A stretch of DNA of 64,000 nucleotides, taken from Balanoglossus misakiensis. Its lineage: Eukaryota; Animalia; Hemichordata. A program made the translations under genes and the position numbers. The DNA lies in contig CM082582.2 in NCBI GenBank assembly GCA_040954595.2, positions 12,930,227-12,994,226 on the forward strand. Reading direction: 5' to 3'. The notes below the pieces were generated by a model. That model was not told where the DNA came from. It searched no databases and was given only the letters and a program-made list of their open reading frames with translations. This document shows, in pieces, positions 1 to 12,500 of this stretch; positions within the stretch are counted from its first letter, which is position 1, and the number at the start of each line of letters is the position of its first letter.

Positions 1-514
1 CAACATTTCCTCCGAGTCATTCCGCAGTTGTAACATTTGGCTAAAAATGTACATGGGATTATCCTTCTGTATATGTTAGTTTCGACCTGGCATCTTCATG
101 GTTTAGAGGAATTGTCGGCCATTTAGCCACATTTTCCTCTTAAAACAACATCACACGAAGTATACCCAACTGCAATGGATAAAATCCCGCAAAGGTGTAT
201 CAGGATGTTTTAGTCTAGAACCTAGCCTTCGTGTTTTGTGTGTGAGTGGGGAAAAGTGAAAAATACGAAGGCTTGCTTCGAGAGCACGTGTAGTATGTTG
301 TCGTGTGCAGACAACATCACCTGGTACGTACGTCTACGTCAATGCAACGTCGTTCGCATTCTAGGCAACACTACAACTTGTCGCGTTCGGCATAGATTGT
401 TTCTGCTGCACTTTCAATTAAACTTATTCTCCCACGATGACCGTATTTATATTTTATTTTGTTTGTGATTATTATTATTATTATTAATTTTTTGGTATCA
501 TCTTTGTATTCTAG

Positions 515-3500
515 TGACGGATCCATGCACCCCAAACCCGTGCCTCAACAATGGATTCTGTACCGATATTGGCAACAACAACTTCATGTGCACTTGTGCC
601 GGCTGCTTCTCAGGGACAATTTGTGAAAATGGTAAAACATCATTGTCATTCCATTTATAAATTATAGACCAGGTCTACAGTTCTCAAAGCTTAAAATGTA
701 TAGTCACCCTAAATTTACCTATGCCCATATATGGTTATTAAAGGCTTGTGACATGTAAGTTGTGAAAGTCTGTGATTGGCTAGATTTCAACTTTCCATGG
801 TAACTGGTTAAATTTGCATAGGTGACTATATTTCAGCTTGGAAACTGATTAAATTTGCAGACCTGACTTTTATACCTTTAACAATTGATGGTGTAGGTTT
901 TTTAGTTGAATTAACTAGAAGTGGAACCTACCGGTAATTAATAAGAGATTCCAAAAGTATCACATCCATGGAAGTTTGGTGCGACATACTATGGAATTTT
1001 GAAAAAGTATCACATTTTCAAACTATGTTACTTTTCTTTCTGTATTCTCCGTGGTGATTTACATAATTCTATCTTCATATCATTACTGAAGACTATGATC
1101 AAGGACATGATGGGAAGGAAAGGTGATTTTCATACAGTCATTTTGATAAGACTGCTTGCTTTCTGTTTATATTCACAGCCATTATAAACCCATGCAATGC
1201 CAATCCATGTCTCAACAATGGAGTGTGTCAGCTGACATCTTGTTCAACCTATTCCTGTCAATGTAGTGGGTGCTTCACCGGACCAAACTGCCTGACCCGT
1301 AAGTGTACACCAACCCAATCTGATTAAAATCAGATGTAGGGAACGGCGACATGTTTTTTTTTATGCTGTCGCCTCAGGCCTGTAGGCGACAGCATAAAAA
1401 AACCATGTCGCCGTTCCCTACATCTGATTTTAATCAGATTGACACCAACCATGACTACGACAATTGTCGTAAACCATGGCAACTGCTTCTAGCCTTGGTT
1501 TAGCAGACTTTCATTGGAGATCCTGGGGGCTATTGTAGAAAAAGAGCCAATCAGAAAAGGCATCTCATAACACCTTTGGCTTGCCACCATGATGGCAATA
1601 TACCAAGAGTAAACATGCACTGTATTGGAGACAAGTGATTGTCTAATTTGAATATCATGAATATTTAAATTCTCTTTTAAAATTGCAGTTTCTCATTCAA
1701 ATCAGCCAGAGCTTTTTATTGGGTAGCATAGTGGAGTACATGTATAAGTAAAAGCTTTGGCTCTTGAGAATGGACTCTGATATAAATGCAGTTTGTGTGT
1801 ACTGTAAAACAGGTTATTTTCGCGCGCAAAAAAAACATGAAAATAAAAGGTCGCAGTTTCAGACGGAATAGGAGAAACCATGGTAGCAAATTAAAAAGCT
1901 ACATGCAATTTTCATATTGTATACTTGAGTAAACTTTCCCAATTGCCTTTGAAGGTGTTTCCCATTGAAACATCTATTGGGAAATGGAAAAGGATAATTA
2001 ATATTACGATGCCTGACTTATGACTAAGCATGAATGAGCGCATGCGTATTCACTAACTATTACAGCTTGCAGTTCAACCTGTTAAATATTGTCTGAATAA
2101 AAGGAAAAGTCTCTGTACTGGTCTAATAGACCCTATAGCAGGATTTTCAAACTCCAGTATTGATAGGTGCAACATGTATGTACAGGGCTGGTATCTTTGG
2201 GTTGGAGTACCGGTATATATTAAGATACTGTTTAATTTCTGGATCCATGATGACTATCACAGTTGTGAAAATGATTGGATGGACAAGTTGTTACATTGTG
2301 TCAGTTTTGTTAATTACTTCACTGGTTGTCTCTATAGCTATTGCTGATCCCTGCTCTCAGAATCCATGTGGCATCCCTAGCGTTAATGGTCTGTGTTCAA
2401 GGGATATGATTCAGTGTACAACCTATTCATGTCAGTGTCTTGGGTGCTATACAGGGCCCAACTGTGCTCAAGGTAAACACCAATCGCACTGGTATTGTTT
2501 TAATGGAATTTATAATTTTAAACAGCTCATCTCTGCTGTCCCTAAGTTTAGTTTTCAGAACAATATACAAACAATATACAGTAGAAATGATTTTTAAACC
2601 TATAAGGAATAAAGATTTCCTAAATCGGGTTTTACTGAAATGGACTACCGTGTAGTCATCAGGGCAGTGATTGTTGTAAACTTAGTACAAGTTGTTTCAT
2701 CTGTACATCATATGGGGATCAAATCTCTGAAAAAAGTGTGATGGATTTCTAAGAGGACATCTTCATTTAGATGATAAAAGAGAAACAGTATTGAACTGTG
2801 AAAACTGATCTTGCATTGATTGTTTTTTCTGATAGCGTAACTCATTGGTGAATACATAATATGTCAATTTAAATATTTTACTTCATGTTTGCTTACAACT
2901 AGTATCAAATGGCTGCAGCAACACTCCATGTTTGAATGAAGGCCAGTGTATTCCTCAATCTAGCAGTTGTTCCTTGTACACATGTCAGTGTAGTGGTTGC
3001 TTCACGGGACTAAATTGTGAAATTGGTACGTAAAACAAAATTCATGACCCTTTCAATTCGTTCTGATTTCTCCTTTGATATTTTCCAAAGAGATCATTTA
3101 TTTCTCAACACATGGTACACTAAGCTAGCTGACAGAAGCCGACTTATGACGTCTACATATTGAAACTTTAACGAATGCTCTCATTTCTAAGGAAAGTACA
3201 AAGTTTGTCAAAGTTGACCAACATCCTATAGATACAAAACATAGATATGAACAAAGTTGACTGCAGAATTGGAATCTTTATGGCATTACTGAAAGTATTA
3301 TCATTACAAATGAATTGTACTATTTTCAGCGAGAAACCCGTGTGGTGCAAATCCTTGTCAAAATGGTGGAGGTTGTGTGCAGCTTTCTTGTGACCTCTAC
3401 ACCTGTCAGTGTCCTACGTGTTATACTGGACAAAACTGTCAGAATTGTAAGATTTTATTGTCTTTACTCTCTTGATCTTAGTGTCCGGCTAATATTATTC

Positions 3501-6500
3501 CCATGCCAAACCCTAAGGCTATTCCCTTGCAATCAGCTGTCATTTAACTATTATCTGATATGTTTTGTATGTTACAAAACTGTAGGTACTGTAATGTTGC
3601 ATAGTTTATGTGTTGATCTGTGCTTGCATAGGTTTTGACTTGTAACAGTACCTGTGCACATCTACCCTTCCACATATTACCAAGGCAACAGCACCCTGGA
3701 TGATATTATCTATCTGCCCTTCCAAATCTTACTTGAACAGTGCAACTGATGCTATGGCTTGTGGTACCCATGCCTGCCTTTCCTAGTACTGCTTACCCCA
3801 AAACAGATGATTAATTGCAGTAAAATACTTTCCCTCCTGTAGAAGATTATTTATCCCGCAAAATCCACTTGCTTTTCCTCTTGCATTACATCTTACCTTG
3901 TAGGAGACAGTTCTTTTGGCTAGCACACTTTTCAAACCTATAATGTACTTTCTCCTACTTTCATGGATCTTAATTGTTTTCTAGTGTCACGAGTGACATG
4001 TTTTTACTGTCTGTTTTAGAACTGCATTCTATATGGTGATTCTGTGCATGGTGAAATAAGACAATAATTGCAAACTAGCTGGCAAAAACAGAACTTACTG
4101 GCAGGTCCTTTATTAGAAGAAGTGTAATTGTTTGTGGCAGTTTGTTTTCCTTGGTGAAAGTTGACCAGGCTTTCCTTAAAGTCCTGTAGTCCTCCTCAGA
4201 TTTGTCTGATTATGATGATGGCAGCAGCTGACCCTATTTCTTAATCATGACATGTTTATGTCTCTCCACAGCCATCAATCCATGTGACAATCATGTCTGT
4301 CAAAATAACGCAGTATGCACACAACAGATGAACTCCTGTACGGCATACACATGTCAGTGTGTTGGCTGTTTCCAGGGCACTTACTGTGAAACACGTAAGC
4401 CTTATACAACTGTATTCTCTTTATGTTGGCCAACTTAACCTGTTCATGGCCATATGGTTTGGTCCACATCCATGGCAAAGTTAGACCTCTATAGGAGGGT
4501 TGGAAGTGTTAAATGGAATGACAATTATTGAGTCTTTTGTACATGTGTATATTAAGCATTATACACATCAAATACTAAGTGGATTAATTAGTATTTTTAT
4601 GTACAGATGTATGTACCGGTATATCTACACATCTATCTCAAACTGAATCTTGTATCAGTTTGAAATGTATGCATACTAGTAATATGAGGAGCCTTTGACT
4701 GTTTTGAATATTTTCTTCTCCAAATCATATTAGCTTTGAGCGGCTGCAGCCCCAACAACCCATGTCAGAATCAAGGGGTATGTAATGCAAGGCCTGGCGG
4801 TTCCTGTACTGATTTCACATGTTCCTGTCCAACATGTTTTACTGGAACTTTTTGTGAACAGAGTGAGTAGAGACTGACCACAGAATGCTGTTGCTGCTCT
4901 GTTGCAAAACAATAAAGCTGCTCGCTTGATATTGCCAAGTGGTTGAAGTAACTCTGGCTGTTCTCCAGAAGGTTTGCTGTCTGTCTGCTCTTAGCACTCT
5001 GCCTCAGAAACTTGCAGAACAGAGCTGCTAAGTTGCAAGCTTATTCGCAAATAGCACCTGCCCAGTACATGTATTGCTACAGTGCTACAGACTCGCCTGC
5101 CACAAGCAGTGCTCAGTGATTTTATCCCAAATCCTGAGACTATATATACCACTGACATATGGCAAACCTGCTTAATACTGTGTTTCTACTTTACATTGAG
5201 TAGACTGCACTAGCTTCCAAAATGGTGCAGCATAAAGCAATGATTCTGCAAACCAGTGCTTATATAAGCATGGCATGTAAGACTAATAACACTGTGATTC
5301 CAGGTAATCCAAAATCTTACAACTAAACACTTAACTGAGTCGTAAACTTGTTTAAGGAGCAATTATGCGCTATGGAATAATTGGTTCCTGACTGAGAACT
5401 CTGCCCTCATGCAGCTTGGACACAAAACAGAAGTCACACCACTAAAATCCTGCAGGCTTAGCAGCTCATATTGCAAAGCTGCATGCTCGCTTGCAATGCA
5501 TTAAAATGTTATTATCATTGTTATTTTCTTTAACTGTATTTCTTAGTTGAAAAGCAGTTATCGTACTAGTAGCAGAAAAATCTTGTGAAGATATTAAGCT
5601 CTGTGTATGTCTTTCAAAGTTCAACTTTTGAAAATTTCATACTCCTGTACCTCAGAAAAAATGCTGTTGTTCGCTGTGCAGTGATAATGTAATTTAAACT
5701 TTATGCTATCATATTGTACTGTTACGTCAGCGTAAGAATTTTGGATGCAGCTCAGCTCGTTGTTTTATACATGTAACCCAAGTTTGATGTCTTTGTTTTC
5801 TAGGTGTTGACCCATGTACCAATCATGCATGTCAGAACAATGCACAGTGTGAGACTGATCCAACAGATTGCCAGCGCTATGTCTGTAATTGTATTGGTTG
5901 CTTTACGGGACAGTATTGTCAAACTGGTATATATCATTTCATATCACTTGATTTTCATTTGGCGGGCTAACCCCCTCCCCAAAAACAACAACCTAACTAA
6001 ACCAACTATTTTGTTGTGATTTTCTTGAATTCAAAATGGGTGTGTCCCGTCAGAAGAGTGAAAGGCCCAACATTCTCAGTCATCCAAAGAGTGTAATGCC
6101 AAAATTCAAAATGGCTCGTCCGTACAAAGGAGCTTACATTGAGAAACAAATAAGAAATAGCATTCTTTAGTGTCGTCTGCAGACATACTTTATGGTATTT
6201 TCATCACCTCAAAGCATTCAACAAAAGTTAACTAGAAAGATATCATATTCTGGTAACAGATATTTTTGCTGCTTTTTTATTATTTCACAGAACAAAATGC
6301 TTGTACCAATAACCCATGCCAGAACTCCGGAACGTGTTTTCCCAATGGATGTTCTTTACATTTCTGTGCCTGTCAGACCTGTTATTCAGGAAATAACTGT
6401 GAAATACGTTAGTCTTCATGATTTTTTATGATAAAATAGATTTGTGTCTGAGCACTCACTAATACACTGTTGTAAGTTGTGCAGTGAAAGTAATTTTTCA

Positions 6501-9500
6501 TGCGCATCTGATGGGGCTAGCACTGGATGAGCAATATATGTTGGTACTGAGCTGACACTGGGCAAGCACCAAGCTATCACATGGTGTGCACCAAGGTTAA
6601 GCATTGGGCTACCACTAGCTTAGCACTTAAGCTGTTAGTGGATTAGCAGTGAACTATCACTGCACTATTGCCAGTTTAGCATTTGAATGATATTGGATTG
6701 AGCAGTGGGCAAGCATATTGAACTAACATTGGGTTAGTACTGGGCTAGCAATATGCTGTCATTGTGTTATGGTGCTGGGCTAACACTTGGTCAGCCTTGA
6801 TCTAGCAGTAGACTATCCCTGGGTAAGCTTTGGGCTTGCTTGGTACATTCGCAGTGGGTAAATCACTTGGCTGGCTTTGAGCTATGGATTAAAACTTTGT
6901 GCTGCACCATTACTTACTAAACACGGGTTGGCACATGGCTATCACTAGTCCAGTAGGAAACGCTTTCATTATTGAATTCAGTGGTGCGAGTCATAAGGTT
7001 AAGGATGGACAGCAGTTGTCTGTCATTGGCTTAATTAATCAGGTTTTCTGAATAAACAACCCTGTGAATTTTTATGAGCTTCCCAGCACAATTTTGCCTG
7101 CACAGAGTGCTATTAAATTAACAATCAAGCTTGTGTGAAATAGTCTCGGAAAAACACTAAAATATGAACAGCGAACTGTTCCCGTTTGACTGATTTCTGT
7201 CAATGGTATTCAGAGTGGTGTACTGAACCCTTCATCTTGAAAGACAATGCCACTTGACTGCAGATTCTATCATTTTCATCTTCAATCGTCTATAATTGTC
7301 ATACCTTTATACTTTACAGTTCAAGATCCCTGCTCTAACAACTTCTGTCAGAACGGTGGACAATGTGTGGGTGTTCCAAATTCATGTACTGCCTACACTT
7401 GCACTTGTCCCCCGTGCTTCACTGGGCAGTACTGTCACACAGGTATAACATGCAAACTTTTCATCCATACTGCAGACAAAGTTGAAATGTTTTATTCTTT
7501 ACATTACAATGCATCAGAAAATTCACTTTCATGTTTGTCTGTGTTTCTTCATCAATCGATCATGTGGTTTCCGTGATTTCTAGAACTAAACCATTGACTA
7601 TTTTTTAAGTTAATCTAGTTTACAGGTTCTTACTCTCTGAAACTTTCAAGGACCTTCTTGAAATTAACCACTATTTCCGGGAACAAAATTACATCTTTTG
7701 ACATTACTTTCGATAATTTCATTTTATTTTGTATCTCAAAGAAAACATACTCTTCTCTAATGTTTACCGTTGAACACAATTAATATCTGAAATGTCGTGT
7801 TTCAGCCGTCAACCCTTGTGCTAATAACCTGTGCCAGAATGGAGCTGTCTGTATTGGGGTGCCTAACCAGTGTGTCCAATATGAATGCCAGTGTTCGGCA
7901 TGTTATACTGGAACATATTGTGAACAGGGTTCGTAACACTTTCTAATATCTAGCTACCAGCTTAACAAGCATGGCAGATTTCTACCAACATGACTTATAT
8001 ATTAAAACATTCAGACAAAACAAAGTAACACTAAACAATTCGTCAAAATCAGTACTGTAGCTTTTACTCTCGGTCTAGATAATCTATCTATGAAATAATG
8101 ACTAACTAGATAATATCTGTATTTACGTTTCTGTGTGTCTGTTATGACTTCTAAATTGTCAGCTCTAATGTTATCCAAGAGTCAAATCCGCAAGATACAT
8201 GTATATGTTACGATTCCATAGCAAACTAAAGATTTTCTCCGGGAGTTGTGCAAAGTTTATATCATTGTGATATTCCTGTGTTCTGTCGAGATAAATTGCA
8301 GTGTAATATGGTGAGAATTAAACCCTGAAGTAGAGAATTTGAAAGCCAGGCTGTGTGAACAGTGAACAGAATTTTAGCCAAATATAATTCTCTCTCTCTC
8401 TCTCTCTCTCTCTTGTTACCTCTCTCCCTCAACAGCTCTAAGTGCATGCACCAATCACATCTGTGAGAACGGTGCTGCTTGCATTCCTGTTCAGAATTCA
8501 TGCACGCAGTACACTTGTAGCTGTGCGGGCTGTTTCACTGGTCAATACTGTAACATAGGCAAGTCTAGTGTCTCCAGTTCTTGTCTATTCAGATTTCATG
8601 GCAGATGGATTTTCGTACCTCAGAATTTACTATAAAATGGCATTTAATGACAGAAGGTGTATGTTTTGTAAAAATAGAGATATACACTTGAGCTTGAACT
8701 GTATGCGAGGTACTGGACTCACTTCATAAAGCCATCGTATATTTTGTGAACAACTTTTATAGAATGGATATTTTGAACTCACTGTTATCAATAGATTTTG
8801 TGTGATATGTGCTTGTCCACAAAATAAATTTGACATATATTGCAGTCCGTGTCAATTGCTGGGTTTGTAACCTTTTATATAATGTTCTATTTTCAACTCT
8901 CTAGCCCTTGACCAGTGCTCACCAAATCCATGCAATGGTGGCACTTGTATCAGAACACCAAACTCTTGCAGTTCTTTCATTTGTCAGTGTTCTGGATGCT
9001 TCACTGGGCTGAATTGCCAGATACGTAAGTTTTATATCATGACTTTTACCCTTTCACTGCCATGGTTTAGTCCAAACCCATTGTTTTCTATGGCAAGGTT
9101 GGACCTCTATAGAGGGAACTAGGGGTGGAAGGGTTAAGTAAAGGCACTAGGAAAAGTTCATTTGCCAAGTGTGTTTCAATTGCAAAGATGGCACCACTTG
9201 GCAACACCTCCTTGTTTATAAGAGCAAGATAAACTGGAGTTAAAGCTACTGGGAAAGAGGTGTGAAAAAAGTTTGATATGTCATGAGGACATATATATCT
9301 TTAAAAGTTCATATTGTAATGTACATGACTTATTCCATGTAACTTCTTTTATGGACTTGACTTTGTTCTATGTGCGTTGTTGGTTTTTTGTTGGTCTGTG
9401 TTGTGTTGTGCTGTGCTGTGCTCTGCAGTGCTGTGCTGTAAAGCTTTGTGTTTGCCATGTACATGTGATATTTAACTTAAGAACTTTGATATTTGTGATT

Positions 9501-12500
9501 GCAATTATTTTGCTGTGGTAATATTAAGATCAGTCTTAATTTGGGTTTGGGTGAACATGAGACTCAGTAACATAAAACTTAATGCATACATGTACGAGAC
9601 AACGTCGCCAAGTTCTTCAAATAGACGAACAGGCGACTGATGGTCAGTCTCTGTCAACTTTAAATTTTGTACAGGACTATCTGGTGATGTTGGACTTTCT
9701 GTAGACTTTAACACAGTTACTGATCCTGTCAGTAATCTCTCTACATATCTGTACGTTCCATATGCATACATGTACCGGGTAAATGCGTATGACAAGGCGC
9801 GCGCCAGACAAAGCAACTGTACAATTTTGCAAAGAACCCTGTAAAGTGTAAAACTTGATTAACTTTGCTTTCAGCACAAAGCACTCTCTTAATATATACA
9901 TATCCAATAAGTCTTGTGTGAAGTCTTTTCCACATAGTTCATGCCATAATGGCAACTCTGATTAATGTCAGTTTGTTCAGTGGTGATACGATCCTTCTCT
10001 GACACTGTTCTTATCACTCACATCTACTCAGTATGTGACAGCTAACAGTGTTTATTTTCCCATTCTATCCCCTGTTTGAATCAGCAGAATAAAGTGAGAA
10101 GAAAAAATAATTTGAAAAATTTGTTTGCAAAAGCACTAGATGCAATGACCTGCACCATGTAGCCTGGTAAAACACGATATTATCAACAAAGCAGTGATGT
10201 ACAATCACCAGGAATCAAATTCCTGCGCCTGAACTTTCTTACCTAGCTGAACAAGTGCGTGATTCATTCCTTTTCGTACACTAGGAATATAGATTGTAAA
10301 CTTTTGTTTATGTTTTCTTTTGACAGCGATAGACCCATGTGGTAACCATGGGTGTCAGAATAATGGTCGTTGTGTAGATGACACCACTCCTGGGGCTGCG
10401 TGTGATGCATATATCTGTCAATGTATTGGATGTTACAGTGGAACTTCCTGTGAAATACGTGAGTTTTGATGTACTCTAAGATAGGCAGTTAGTTAATTGA
10501 TGTATATGTCTACAAACTTGTCCAAACACTAGTACATGGTATGAGGACTGTAAGACCAGGTGGTCCATTATTCTTTGATTTTCAAGTAATTTTCAAACAA
10601 TTGCAATGCGACAGTATACACATGTGGGTAACAGTATACACATATTGACTGGCCATAAGGGCAACAGCATACGTCTGTAACCCGAGGGATTGTGAGTCAA
10701 AATAGTGTTGTGTGTTTATTGCAGTCTCTGATCCATGTGCCGCCAACCCTTGTATGAATGGAGCAACTTGCTATCCTCTCGGCTGTGCTAGCAGATTCTG
10801 TGCGTGCACCCCATGCTATTCAGGGGAAAATTGTCAAACATGTAAGTATATTTTAGGAAATTTGTAACTGTCTTTTTGAATCAACAATTTCACTAATATG
10901 CTGAAAACATATTCTCTCTCTTGGAGAACCCATATTTCATTCTCTGTTAGTAAAGACCTGATGTTTTATTTTTCTTCACAGTGAATGACCCATGCGCGAA
11001 TAGCCCTTGTCAGAACGGAGGCACATGTTCAATTTCACCTGTCAATTGTTTTGAATTCTCATGTAATTGTCCAGCATGTTACTCAGGACAAAATTGTCAG
11101 ATAGGTAAGTTGACTTCATTTAAAGTGATCTTACAAGTATTATACAGAAAAACTTTTTAATTACTATCTTCAACAAGGGACGATGAATTCAAAATGGTGT
11201 AGAACTATAGTAATATGACTTTTTCTCCAATCAAAATAATCTGATAATTTCTTTCTTTCTCTCAAATGACATATGCAGTCTCTCTTTGCATTTTGTAAAC
11301 TATATATACAGATGGCCACTAACACAGGTTTGACTGTATAACTGATACGCATTCAAGCAAATACAATTTTTGAAATTTAAAACCGTTAATGTGTGTATAC
11401 TTTCACCTTTCAGCTATAAATCCATGCCAGAATAACTTTTGCCAGAATGGGGGTGTCTGTGTTGCTGTCTCTGGTTCATGTACCCAGTACACCTGCCAGT
11501 GCCCAGTGTGTTATTCCGGAGATTATTGCCAAACTAGTAAGTTTTTCGTTCATTCATTCATTCATTCATTCATTCATTCATTCATTCATTCATTCATTCA
11601 TTCATTCATTCATTCATTCATTCATTCATTAATTCATTAATTCATTCATTCATTCATCCATCCATCCATCAATCCATCCATCCATGCATGCATGCATGCA
11701 TTCACTCACTCACTCACTCACTCACTCACTCACTCACTCACTCACTCACTCATTCATTCATCCATTCATTCATTCATTCATTCATTCATTCATTCATTCA
11801 TTCATCCATCCATCCATCCATTCATTCATTCATTCATGCATGCATGCATGCATTCACTCACTCACTCACTCACTCACTCATTCATTCATTCATTCATTCA
11901 TTCATTCATTCTGACAAGCGGCAGCTATACATTCATGTAACAGTGAATATAACCCAAGATGATAACGTGATGATTTTTTCCCCTTTTGTACAACAGGGAT
12001 CAATGCATGTGACAATCACAACTGTCAGAATGCTGGTGCTTGTATACCAGGCGCCACAGGATGTTCAAGTTATACGTGTGATTGTGCTGGCTGCTTCACA
12101 GGCCAGTTCTGTACCATTGGTAAGTCCAGATAGAAAGTTCCTCTGGTCACTTTTTTGAGAAAATCAATTGGTTGCTTCATCATGTGGTCGCAGAATGATT
12201 TTGAGATATTTAATAATTGTCTTCTGTCCTTTGAAAGTGATTTAAATATCCATATTTTCATTGCTTAGTTTTCTTCTAATTATACAGCTTACTGATAAAG
12301 CATTACTCTTGCTTGCAAACCTGATTACTGGAATTGAATATAATTTGCAATTCCTTTGTTTTCAGTTAGAAACCTGTCCAAAGATTTCAAATAAAAGTAG
12401 AATTAAAAAAGCCAAAAAAACCCCCAACAAACTGTTGGATCACTATAGTTTGCTTTCTGGTTTCTTCAGATATTGCTTCTTCAAGATTTTGATTTGGACA

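Noticed and set aside
1-514. Start codon or signal-peptide exon of the EGF gene, including ORF 238-468
   Set aside because: ATGs at 47 and 53 hit a stop within about 10 codons. The phase-1 frame ending at the donor-like CTG|gtacgt (324) has no ATG after its upstream stop. ORF 238-468 has no signal-peptide character. The 5' end is probably outside the window.
11389-12158. ORFs with HSFI/HSLT repeats
   Set aside because: Translations of the tetranucleotide microsatellite.
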